Positions 25,624-36,994 of a DNA stretch of 64,000 bases are shown here, piece by piece. The notes under the pieces are model-generated. The model was given only the letters and a program-made list of their open reading frames with translations, had not been told where the DNA came from and made no database searches. The stretch's first letter is position 1; the number at the start of each line of letters is the position of its first letter. Source of the stretch: Raillietiella orientalis (Eukaryota); assembly GCA_036172245.1 (NCBI GenBank), contig JAYWIR010000006.1, positions 4,216,001 through 4,280,000 of the forward strand, read 5' to 3'. The translations under genes and the position numbers were made by a program.

Positions 25624-28600
25624 CCAAAAAGCGCTGTCGTTTCCTTGGAGCATGCGCCTTGGACCTGGTTCGACCGGCCACGCTCCTTCCGCCGGCAACC
25701 AAACCACGTCGGCTCGTCGCGCAGGTGACGGAATTCCGAGTGGTCAAGGTGACGGCGGGGCTTGGGAAAACACGCATGCGTTCTTGCAAAAGGAGTGGGA
25801 GTAGAGGGAGGGAGGGCGAACGCGGCGGAGGCAGCAGCAGCGCGAGAGAAGGAAGGAAGGAAGGAAGGTCGCGGGATCGTAAGGAAGTCGAGGCGCAGCC
25901 GGCGACCTCGGCAGTGACACCGGGTGATTTTCCGCGCGCCGTTCTTTGCTTCTCTTCCTCTCTCCCTGTCACTCCAGCACTCTTTGTGAATTCTTTCCGT
26001 CTTTGACCTGGGGACAGATACGGCTGGGGTCGCGGGGCTGCGGGAGCGCCTCCTGGAGCCGGTCGTGATCTCCACGGGCTGCCCTCCGCGGCCTGCGACG
26101 GCAAACAGGTCACGAGAGCTGTTGGCGACACAAGAGCGTCCCGACGGAATGCAAGCGCCGCGGAAGGGCTTTCCGATCCCCCGGGAGACGCGGCGGGACC
26201 CGGGAGGACGCGCCGGACGCGTTTCCGCTCGTGCCAGCACCGGACGCTCGTTGCCTGGAGCCGCAGCAAAGGAACCACCGGATTCTGCCGTTGCTTCCGC
26301 GGCGCCGCCTCCCGCGCTCCGATTCCCCGGCGTCTGCTGGACTCCGCCGCTCGCGGCGACGTCTCCGTGCCGCCAGGAACGCGCCTTGGTAGTCGAAGCC
26401 GCTGCCGCCGTCCGGGGCGTTGAAGTCCCTCCTCATCCGCTTGCTGCTGCTTCTGAAGGGCAGGTGGCGCTCGAACGATTGGGGTGGGAGGCTGGAAGGG
26501 ACCCAGCAACCCTTCCCTTCCGGAGCTCCTGTAGCTCCCCCTTCCCCCGAAAGACTCTTCGCTCGTCGAGGAACCACCGCAGGCGAGTCGCCAACAGTCG
26601 GTCAGAACGAGAGGGAAACCGCGAGGTGTCCCTCTGGCGGGGTCAGACCCAGAAGGGTGAACCTGTTTCCGGACAGCAGGCGTCCCCCTCGTGGCGAAGG
26701 GGGAGAAAGGGAGGACCCCATGTGCCGTGGCCAGCCGGCATCGAGGCGGCGACCCACGTGGAGGCAGAGTACAGAGGGAAGCGGAAGTGGAGAACAAGGA
26801 CCCGTGCGGAACGCGGAGAACGAATCGCGTTGACCTTGAGGGAGGCGGGGTGAGGAGGAGGGAAGGGAAGCAGCGGCGACCGAAAGACCAGGAGGGCGTC
26901 TTTTCGTCGTGATCACCCGAGAACTCGCGCAAGGGCGGTCGCCTCCGGCAGGCGGAGCCAGGTCGTCTCTTTCCGGGGGAAGCCGTGCGGTCTCTGAGGG
27001 GATGTGAAGCGCAGGATCAAGGCGGCGGAAGGGGAAGAGATGGGGGAAGGGGGGGGGGGAAAGAAGTGGCAGTCGCTCCGGGAGAGCTCTTTCCAGCATC
27101 CCGGTTCGGCACGCTTTTAGACCGGGACGCTGGACGACTCGCGGGAAGCGCGCGGCGCGTGCCCCTTGCGTCCGCACAGGGCGCGTGGCGGTCGCGACGC
27201 CTCGCCGTTGCGTCACGAGGTTGCAGCTTGGGCGCGCGCGGAGGCACGCGGAACGGCGCGAGGGCAGGAGGGGGGAGGGGGAGGAAGTGGACGCAACAAT
27301 GGCGACCCTCGGCCGAAACCGTAATGATTTACATCCAGAAACGACCCATTAGGACCCAGTAATTGACCCGGTTGGGAGAGAGGCAAGGGGGAGAGTCTGA
27401 GGTGGTTCCGGTCCGGAAGGAGCCGCTGGCGGCCGGCTGGCCCGCTACTCGCCGTTCGTCCATGTGCGGCCGTGGCTGGAAGAGCGCGTCTCCCGGGAGA
27501 ACTGACCAAGGGATTTCCCCTGCTGAGGGAAAGGGCGCGCCGCGGGTGCGTTCCCGGGCCCAGTTGGAAGGGAAGGGGTGGAGCGGGTTTGCAGCAGCGC
27601 GCCGCCCTGGGCGGAATCGACCCGTCGACTGTACTTTGCGTTGTTCTGAGCTTCCCGCTCGGGAAGGGCGGCAGCCATGCGGCTGCGCCCAAATTTCCTT
27701 CATGCCCCTTCCCTCTTCTCCTTTTCCCTTAAGGAAATGTAAGGAGATCCAGCGCTTCTCAGTGGAAGAAAGGGTTGGGGGGAATGCGGGAGGGGAAACA
27801 AGGAATGGTGAGAAGCGGGGCGAAGGGAGGCGACAGGAGGTAGAAGGAACCTTGGATTGGGAGAGCCGGGAAGACGCCAAAGGGGAGAGGGAGCACCCTC
27901 GAAAAGCTCCCAGTAAGTCCCCCAGGACGGGAACAGTTCTGGAGGCTGCATCCGGAAGGAGGGGGCGCCACGGTCACCGGGGCGTGAGTGACGGGTACCA
28001 CCCTCACGGAGCGATGTCCTCGGACGGAGTCATCGCCTCCAGACAAAGGAGCGGAGTAGGGCGCCTCTGCTGCCGCCGAGAGAAAGATGAGCCCGACCGT
28101 AATGGCTCTCGCTGTGCACTTCGCCTTCCCTCTTGGGGAGGGAAGGGGGTTGGCCACAGCGTCTCGCACCCCCCATCTCGCCAGCGGGAGCTGCGGCCGA
28201 TACGCGCAACAGCCCGCCACCGCCGCGTCTCCTCCTGAAGTCCTGCGCGGCTCCCCGACGCCCGCTGAAGGTCTTGTCTCTTGCAGTTGGACCTGGCAAC
28301 CATCCCTGCCTGAGGGTCACCTCGGCTCTGATTGGAATGGGGGAGGGGGGGGGGGCTTTCCACACGGAAATTACTCGCGGTCCCACCCTGCAGTGCTTCC
28401 GAGGTTTCGACCGAAGGCTCGCACGCCGCGGTAGAAGGCAGAAGAAAGGGGCACACCCGCGCTCAGGGAGCCGAAATTCCTCTCTCCCTCGTCGCGCGCA
28501 TGCGCACTGGCAAAGAGTCGGTCGTCGCGGGCAGACAGTGCAAACCGAGGACTTCTTTTTGAAACCTTTGCTGCCTTCCCCCTTTCCTCTCCCAGGGGTC

Positions 28601-28924
28601 AACCGGTTCTCTGCGGCCACTGCCCCCATTTTTCCCCAGAGAGAGAAAAGGGGAGGGAAGCAGAGCTGGGGCTGCGGGAGGCCTTGCAAACTTCAAAGCG
28701 TTCCTCCGAGGAAATCGCAGTGCCACCTCCAGCGCTTCGCGGCTTCCCAGTCCCCGGTGGATGCGAGTGGCTGCAAAGCGCAGGATGAGGTCAGCACGCC
28801 GCTATTACTGGCTTCTCAGGCGGGGACTGGGAACAGGTGGTAGCAATTCTCTAGAAGCCCCGAACTCGCCGCTTCTGCTCGCGCTTCAGGCGGAAGACCA
28901 TCTCTTGCACTGCGGTACACCAAT

Positions 28925-29055
28925 CCTCTTTCTCCCTTCTCGTCTTTCTCCTTCCTTCCTCCTCTTTCTCATCTCTTCCTCCCCTCTAACTCCTGCTCCC
29001 TTCTCGCATACTTCCCTTTCTCTTTCTCCACTCTTTTTCCTCCTGCATCTCCTCT
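28925..29055. repeat. Polypyrimidine (CT-rich) low-complexity tract
   Basis: About 130 bp of nearly pure C/T on the plus strand. Confidence 0.8.
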
Positions 29056-30133
29056 GACGTTCATCTGATCCTAATCTCCTCAGCAACGGGCATCCAGGGT
29101 CTGCCTCCTCATCTCCCTCCTCCAACGGAAGAGGAGGAGAGAGATGCGGCGGAAATCTCCCCAAATGGCACTGCACTTTTGCCGTGCCGTCCCCTCTTCC
29201 CCCCCCCCCCCCCTTCGACGCCGCGAAAGAAAAAGACGGTTGCCTCGCGCCTCGGAGCGGTTCGGGAAACAATAAATCCAACAATGAAAGGCTGCAGTTG
29301 ATTGCTCGGCCCGCGGATACAAGAAGCCGGTGTCAAGGAAACAAGGACGAGGAAAGTGGACGTTTGAACGCTCTTGGGGCCGCCACGAAAGACGCTGGAA
29401 CGCCGGTGTCCTCGGCCTATCCGTTCGGGAATCTCGCCGTTGCCCAACTGTCGAGAGAAGAGGCGGAAGAAAAGAAGGGTGAGGAGGAAGAAGAAAAGGA
29501 GGGCCATACAGATTGATGAACGGTGGGAGGTGAGGCGCTCCTGCGGGAGGAAGCAGAGAAGGCGAGCTCCTCAGAGAAGGCGAAAGGGAGCCCCTCCCAA
29601 AAGAGAGGGCGGCAAACGTCGGCGGTTCCCAGCCTGTGGGCGCCGGGATCCTCCTCGCTTCCCTGCCGTCGCGGGAGAGCGCTCAGTGGACCGAGAGTAG
29701 TCCTTGAGCCCCGCAGAGCCCCTTTGTTGGGAGTTACCTGGGGGCCGCGGGTCCCGTTCCGGCCCGAAAGCTCGTGGTCCTTCCGGCAGCTTTTTGTGGA
29801 GCCAGCATTCTCCCCACCCCCGCCTCCCGATCTTCCCGCAGTGGCCTGGAGAAGCGGGGAGATCTGAGTCGAAGAGCAGCGGCTCCGCTTTCACGTACGC
29901 TTGCGCGGGAGCGCCGTGCCCGCCAGTGGTGTCCACAGTAACATCCCGCCTTCGGGACGGGACGGGATGGGGTGCAGACGGGGCGAACCTCCCGGTTCCG
30001 CTGCTGGGAGGTCACGTTCTGAACTTTCGATGCCTTCCCCTCCTCCCTCCCCTCCCTTCCTCCCTGCAGTGGAGCAGAATGGGCGAACGCATCGCTGCCG
30101 ATGCACGAACTGCAAATCGAGATAAGGTCACGG

Positions 30134-30630
30134 CGGTGCCACTCCAGGAGCCGCGGACGCGCGTTACCACCTACTCTGCTCCGCTGCTGCTGGATCGCCA
30201 ACCGACGAGGTGGTCTCGCGCCTTTCTCCCTTATTTCCCTCCCCCCCATCCCACCACACCCCTTCGGCTTTCCAGCCGAGCGGTTTGCAGGTAGCGCCCA
30301 CCCGCTCCAGATGACGTACGCGTGTCACTCTGTGAGGTCTCCTGACCCCAGCAGGGCACGCAGGAAGCCCCGAGAAGACCGGCCGGTCGCCATCCTGGAG
30401 CGAAAGGACGGCTCCCTCCAGGAGGCCCCGCATCGCCGCAGGAGATAGCCGAGGCTGCGGTTGAGTGAAGGCGGGTGGTTTCCCGGAAGACTCCCTAGCG
30501 GACGCTGCGGTCCGAGGAGGACACCGAGCGTCCTGGAAGGATCAACGGTTCTGAGGGAAGGAAAGGCCCGAGGGGGCGGCGGAGGACTTGGAGGAGTGCC
30601 ATCGGCGGGACCTCAGCAGGCATCCCAGGA
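30134..30630 (+). repeat. Dispersed repeat, copy 1 (homologous to 62607-63152)
   Basis: Shared collinear blocks CGGTGCCACTCCAGGAGCCGCGGACGCGC, GAGGTGGTCTCGCGCCTTTCTCCCTT and GGGTGGTTTCCCGGAAGACTCCC. Confidence 0.88.
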
Positions 30631-31566
30631 CGCATCCAACAGCACCCATGGGGTGGCTGCACGAGTTGCCGAAAGACAGCCGGAGACGTGCTGGAAGGTG
30701 CCGAAGGAAGGGAAGGAATAGGCCCCGGGGGGAAAAAAGTCGGAGCCACCGCGAATTCCGGAGGAGCAGCCGCGTGGAGAGACGGCGCGGGATCCTGGAC
30801 GCCCGGCGCCTTTCCTACCCTGACGTCTCTCGGCGTGCCGGTGGTCTCTCGGCTTCTCCCGACGTTCCTGCACCCCTGGGAGCTGCTTCTTTCCCCGGTC
30901 CCCTCGCCGAGAGGGAAGATGGCGGTGGCCTTGCATCCGCCTCTCGCACCCCGTCCCTCGCCTGCCTCTGCGACCGGTAGGGGGCGGAGGGAAAGGGAGG
31001 AGCGTGAGGGGCCCTGGACCCGTAGCGGCCGGCCGGACGCTCACGGGCAGCCTCGGGAAGGGCGGCAGGGCAGGAGGAGGAAAGATGGAGCCGCGGGCGT
31101 CGTAGAGGAACGGGATGGGAAGCGCGCGCAGGGTCGGGCAGGGCCTTCCGGGCTCCCGAGTCCCCCCCCCCACCACCTGCCCTTCTTCGCTTCTTCTTCG
31201 CCCGCGCCCCTGTGCCTCTGTCCCAGTTTGCCCTTGTGACGTGGTCCCATACGCAGTTCCGTGAGCCAACGCCCGCTTTTCCTCCCTTCCTGGGACCGAG
31301 AGCAGGCACCCCCTGTTTGACGCAGCTGATTTCCTCTCGCGCGAGCCGGCCCTTCCGGATGGCAGCTTAAGAGTTCCCTCCGTGTGCCCCTGTCTTCTGG
31401 ACGGGAAAGGACGAAGATGGAGCGGCAGCGCAGAGCCACTAAGAAGGAATGCGACCTGACTCCTTCCTTCCTGCGGTTCGCCTTCCCCTCCTAAGGGGCA
31501 ATTAGAAGAATTTCGCAACAACAGCCTGGATACAGTGTCTTGCTTGCAAGAAATCCCTTCTGCTCT

Positions 31567-31650
31567 CCAGTGGTCTCTTCGCCTGTGGTCTCATGACCAA
31601 TCGGCTCTCCACCAGTGGTTTCTCCACCAGTGGTCTCTTCACCAGTGGTC
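31567..31650. repeat. 15-bp minisatellite, ~5.6 units (consensus CCAGTGGTCTCTYCA)
   Basis: Units start at 31567, 31582, 31597, 31612, 31627 and 31642. Confidence 0.85.
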
Positions 31651-32799
31651 CCGGTCTAAGTGACCTGTTGGCTTTGATCTCGTCCCAATGGTCTGGTCCC
31701 GGAACGTCTCGCTTCCCTTGCTCGTCCCTGAAACCAGGCTTCCTGGTTTCAGGAACGGATGCTTGTGGTAGAAGGGTGTTCAGACGATCCCAACCGGCGG
31801 CGAGAGCAAAGGAGGAAGCGCCGCTGTGGCAGCAGCTTCCCCTGCTCTTCCCACTTCTCCCTGAAGGGGGGGGTTCGCCTGCAGCAGCACCCGCTCCGTT
31901 TCGACTTCCCAGCACTCGGCCTGCCCCGTCCACTGCAAGCCACTCCCATGCGACTCGTATCCATCCTCTCCTTTCCCTGAGGTCAGAGTCCGGGCAGCGC
32001 AAGCGGGAGTATCGCCGTCTGCGTCCGCGAGGCAGCCACTCGCATCCGTCCAGTGGGGCGCGCCTCGGTGCTTGCGTCGAGCGAGGCGCGTGGAAAAGTA
32101 GGCCGCTCCTCCTGTTTGGTATGAGCGGAAGCGCCAAGGCTGGGACGGACCGGGTACGACTGCGTGCCTCCTGGAAACCGGCACGGTGACAGGAGCACGG
32201 GCAACGCGCCGGCCTCTGTCCCACTGACCCACGCGCGGCCACGAGCGCGCTTCCGCGCGCCTGCTTTGCGTGCTCCTCCGCGTCCCCTTGGGCCGCGAGT
32301 AGGAGGGTGTGCACGGGGCAGGTACGCCCGCCCCGGGCTGGCATCCGAACGCAACGCCTCGCCGAGCGCTCCGGTGGGTGCGGCGAAGCACGCTGCGTCC
32401 GACAGACCGCGTCACTCGGGGCGCAGAGTGGATATGAAAGGGGACGAGGCACGGAGGCGGACGGGTGAAGGGGCGCCCCGCGAAACTCCTGCGCCCGCGG
32501 CGCGGTTCCCTCGTGGCTCCGGACGGAGGTACCGAGGGGACGCATACGAGCGCTCCGGGCGGAGGAAAGGCACACAGCCCTCTCCTGCCTGCTCCGTGAC
32601 GTCTCCCGCGGCGCCCACCGGCTGCGTTCCAAGTACGGTCGTCCGCAGCTGCGGCCCGCTCCGAGGACGGGGGCAGCGCCCGCCGAGAACGGAGGCACCT
32701 TCCAGCGATCTCTTCCGCACGGGAGAAGGAAGGAAGGGCTCAGATGCGCAGTCCGTGAGCGGGTCCCCCCCTCCCCCTCCCCGCGCGAGCGCGCGCGAA

Positions 32800-34035
32800 C
32801 ACCTTCGTACGTTCACACACGTCCAATCGGTCAGCGCACACACGCAGCATGAGTACTGATACACAGGCACGTTTGCACACGTGCATAAGTCTATGCGTGC
32901 ACGTGCGCGCACGAAATTGCACAAGTATGTAGCATGCTCACGCGGACATGTATGCACGTGTTTACGCGTGTGCATATACACAAACACCTATGCAGATACA
33001 AATGCGCGCACAGGTGAGCGCTCGCTCTTGTGCAAGCACGAGAGAGGAACAGAACGTACGCACACACATGCATGTACATAGGGAAGCACACCCGCGAGCG
33101 TGGGTACGCGAGTGTAGCAGCAGGCGCGCGCACGTGCGTGACGAGTGCGTGGCTACGCACTCGCGGGTGAGCGAGCGAGCACGCCGCGACGGCAGCTGCA
33201 CGACCCGTTCCCGGAGGCGGAGGGATGCGACCCCACCTCGCCCCCGCATACGGAGCGAGGGGGCCCGCGTTCGGGAAGGAAGGGCAGGTTGGTCCCGCAC
33301 CACAAGATGGGCAGCGGGCGGCTCACGAAAGCTCCCTGTTCGACCGTTCATGGCATCTCGAGGGATTCAGAAAAATCTGCTCGCCCTGAATGTGCGCCTC
33401 CGTGGTGAGGGACCGCTGTCCCACAATCGAGAAGGAAGTCCGAACAAGTAGCTCATAGGTGTACATATAAATAAATAGACCTATGAGCCTTTTATGTTTC
33501 ATAAAAATTCCAGTTTCATTGCCTTATATATATGCATATGCATGCGTATCTATTCATCTACCTATATCTATCTATCTCTCTGTATGTGTGTATGTAGACA
33601 GATAGAGAGATCAACATATGGATATCGATAGATAGATACATGCACACATGTCTGTCTGTCCATATCTGTATCTACATATATCTAAATATCAACGTCTATA
33701 TATATGTGTGCGTGCGTGTGTGTGTAGATGCATATGCGTGTGTAGGCAGGAAGGTAGATATAGATATAGATCTATCTATCTCTATCTATATATGTCTATG
33801 CGTAGGTAGATACATGCATGCATTCATGCATATCTTTCTATATCTATCTAAATATCTATATATTTATATTTATGTCTCTATCTAAACACACACATATGCA
33901 TATATAGATATAGATATGGATATTGACAGATATATACATACACATATATCTGTTCATCTATGTATTCATCTATCATACCTGTTTCTACGCATACCTATAG
34001 ATATAGACATATGTATTTACACGTATGCATGCATT
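32800..34035. repeat. Alternating purine-pyrimidine low-complexity region: GC-rich CA/TG/CG block (32800-33180) and AT-rich TATC/GATA/TA block (33520-34035)
   Basis: Degenerate dinucleotide and tetranucleotide microsatellites visible directly. Confidence 0.85.
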
Positions 34036-34315
34036 AATGAAAAGGAGTGAGCAATTTTGAGTATTCTGAGTACAATTTACGTCACAGCTGTAATGAAGTT
34101 TGCATAAGAATTAAAAGTGCCAAGAAAGGGTTTAACAGGGGAGCATTTTGTTTCCACCGGGGGGGGGATGGGTTCCTGAAGGGTTTTTGCGAGGGCTGGT
34201 GCGGTCATCCAGTTGGTGTTCTAACGTGACAGAAACATATGTGCTAAATTCAGGACCTAATGTTTTTTTGCATGTGACTTGTCGGTTTCACGCGCGTAAC
34301 GTAATACATATACGA

Positions 34316-35408
34316 TTTTCACCCGGATTTCGCCGGGGCGTTTATTAAAAAATAAACTTTTACAAGGACGTGCAGCGGCTGGACCAGTGCTCCAGCCACG
34401 CACGAAGAAACACAGAGCCTGCCAGGTCACCGGTTCGCAGACCGGTACGGTCCACCACGGCAGCAGGGGGAAGGGGGGACAAACAAAAAACTAAACAAAA
34501 ACAAAAGAAAACGTGGGAGGGTGAGGGAAGGGATCACAGTTGCTGCTGGGGCCTCCGCATCCTTTGCAGGATGCCGGCAAGCTCTTGCTGTATGCTTGGA
34601 TCCAGGTGGGGCCATCGCATCGTCCTCTCCAGGAATTTGGCGGCGCACTGGATGGCACCCTTATCGCGGGGTCCTCCCGTAGCCTTGCTCCAAGCGGCGA
34701 CGATCCCGCGTAGGCAGCACAGCGCTGCTAACGAGGCCGCGGGCCGAAGGGCGTCGGCAACGAAGAGGGCTTTGAATGCGTCTCTGGGGTTGCCGCAGGG
34801 AATTCCGATGGCCACGGCAAAGCGGAACCAAAGGGGCCTGAGGGCAACACCATCCACAAGTAGGTGGGGGAGGGGCTCCCATTCCCTACACCTTACGCAA
34901 TTGGGGTCGACCGCTCCCCAGGTCCAGTGATGTCGGCGGGCGTTGCAGGGGAGTCCCCAATGCTGCAACGGTAGAGCCGACTCTTGCCATTTCAAGGAGA
35001 GGGTGGAAGTGTTCATGAGCACCGGGGGCCACTTCAGATGTTCCACCGGGACATCGAACAGCGCGCCCCAGCGCAGAAGTCCATGGGGAGGCGTACTCGG
35101 GGTCGCAGCGTCTGTTAACTGGCCCGTCTTCCACTCTCCTATCTTCCTCTCCTTTCCGGAGATTGTCACTGTAACCTCCCACTTGGCCGCAACATCGCTG
35201 TCCTGATCTTCCATTAGGGAGGCCAGCGCAGCAGCGAGGGTGGTTCTTCCTGACCACGCTCGGTTCTTCGGATCCTCCAGGATCTCTCGTACCGTGAAAC
35301 TTCTGTAGCACCCAAACAGGAACCGTCGTTCCTGTTGGGCGCGTTGCATGCCGCACTGTGTCCACGTGCGAACGGTTTCCTGCAACCGGGCACTACCGTT
35401 CGCGGGGA
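34316..35408 (-). mobile_element. 5'-truncated L1/Tx1-like element with a perfect 15-bp TSD
   Basis: 283-codon open frame with LSLKWQ...HWGLPCNAR...CVRCREWEPLPHLLVD...WPHLD; T-rich UTR; end AATAAACGCCCCGGCGAAATCCGGGTGAAAA. gtaatacatatacga is present at both 34301-34315 and 35409-35423. Confidence 0.9.
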
Positions 35409-35549
35409 GTAATACATATACGAGTGCCTCAAAGCGTACGTGTGGGAAAATCGGAATTGGTCAAATTGGTACAAATCTGAATTGGTCTCTGCTGGGGAAT
35501 TTCGCTGCTTACGTGCCAGAGGTTGCGGCCGCGAGCAGCAGGTGCTGAT

Positions 35550-36930
35550 TTCACGTTGACGTCTTTCGATCTGACGGAGGCAGCGGGTTTCTTATGCGGG
35601 CGCTGTGAAGCCCCGAGTTGCTGCTTATACGGGGCGATGCGATGCTCTGCAATGGACAGTGGATAATGAAGAGGTGCGGGAGGGGACTTGCATGACCGGA
35701 CGGCGGTGGGAGTTGTTGGGGCAGTTGAAGCTCAGTGACTGAGAATCTTCTTCTTTCGCGTTGGTGTATCGCTGTTTTGGTTACTCTGCAATGGTCCCTT
35801 TCCTGACGGAAGGGAGGCTCTCTGCAATCCAGGAGCACCAGGGGAAGGAACGGGAGTGAAGTGCTGGATCGGAGTGTACGGACGCCACTTTGTATTCGAA
35901 ACGGGATTCAAGTGCGGATCTGCTTGGGAAGATGCGTCGAAGAACGAAATCTTTGGGTGAAAATGGTCCGTCTTCCCGATGTAACGTTCGGTAAGTCGTC
36001 ACCTAGAAGAGGCGCCGGAAGGGGTTCTAGGCAACCGTGTGAGTTTGCTGAAGCAGAAGGACGTTTCTTGGTGCCGATGCTCGCGGGGTGGTTCGATCGA
36101 ACACTGGTAGGGGACAGTATGGGGAAAGGGTGGAAGGTCGAGTAGGCAAAGGGAGCCGAGCTTCCGTATCGGGGTAAAGCTAAAGAGAAGCCGGTGCCTG
36201 CTGCTCGGATCCTGAGGAGTCAAGTAGAGCCGGTGTCGTGGGCTTGGGTTTCCTGATGAGGCAGTGACGTTCTGGCGGACTGATGCTTTTCTCGTTGCCA
36301 GTGGATGGAGGAACTCTTATTTTGAATGAGGGAGGGGGGAGTGTGAAATGGTGAAGGGGATTATAGGCGTGGGGTTGGCCATTGTAGGGCTTCAGTACTG
36401 AAGTATCGTGTTCGATTTTTGAGGGTTTTGCGTGTGCTGAATGGCCGAGAGATCACGTGAAAGACGCTTTCATTCGTGAGGGTTAGGAGGGTGAGATAGC
36501 GAGCGCTTCCAGGGAAGGAGAGGACATCCGGCAAAGGTTCACCTCAAAGACTCATTTTCCTAGGGATGGTGGGAGGTGAAGTCCGCTCGGCAGCGTGTTA
36601 GCTCGATGGCTGCGTCATTCTGGCTGCGCTGAGGTACGACAGTTGGCTGCTGAGGTGGTGGTGAGCATGGAGAACCGGAAAATATTGGACTTGATTCGTG
36701 GCCTTCAGTTTGCTGCTGCGGCGGAAGGTCCACTGCGAGTCGGGGGAGCGAGAAGACCTCGGTGCCTGGAAGTGGGTGTTTGGAGTAAGTTGGAGGAATG
36801 AGGGCCAAGATCCAAGGAGAAGCAGTCTGGGAGGAGTAAACCTCCGTGACTAATAGATGAATTGATCATCCTGAAATGAAGGAAGAGATGTCTAAGTGAT
36901 GACAGAGCGGTTTTCACGGAGACCACCGAC
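35550..36930 (-). mobile_element. Possible highly decayed Jockey/I-like LINE relic
   Basis: C/A-rich sense strand; ordered remnants ARYLTL, TILQY*SPT, IQNK resemble post-RT motifs (KYLG, ILEYASPVW, IQNKALR). Many stops. Confidence 0.3.
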
Positions 36931-36994
36931 TGATGCTCGAGGTTGACCCAGGCATCCGCAAGGTGACAGCAGCCTCCTCGACTGAAAATCCTAC

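Noticed and set aside
31567..31650. CRISPR-like array
   Set aside because: Head-to-tail 15-bp units with no unique spacers, no cas genes, and a eukaryotic context.
36253..36290. Hammerhead ribozyme core (CTGATGA)
   Set aside because: No suitably placed GAAA or stems II/III.
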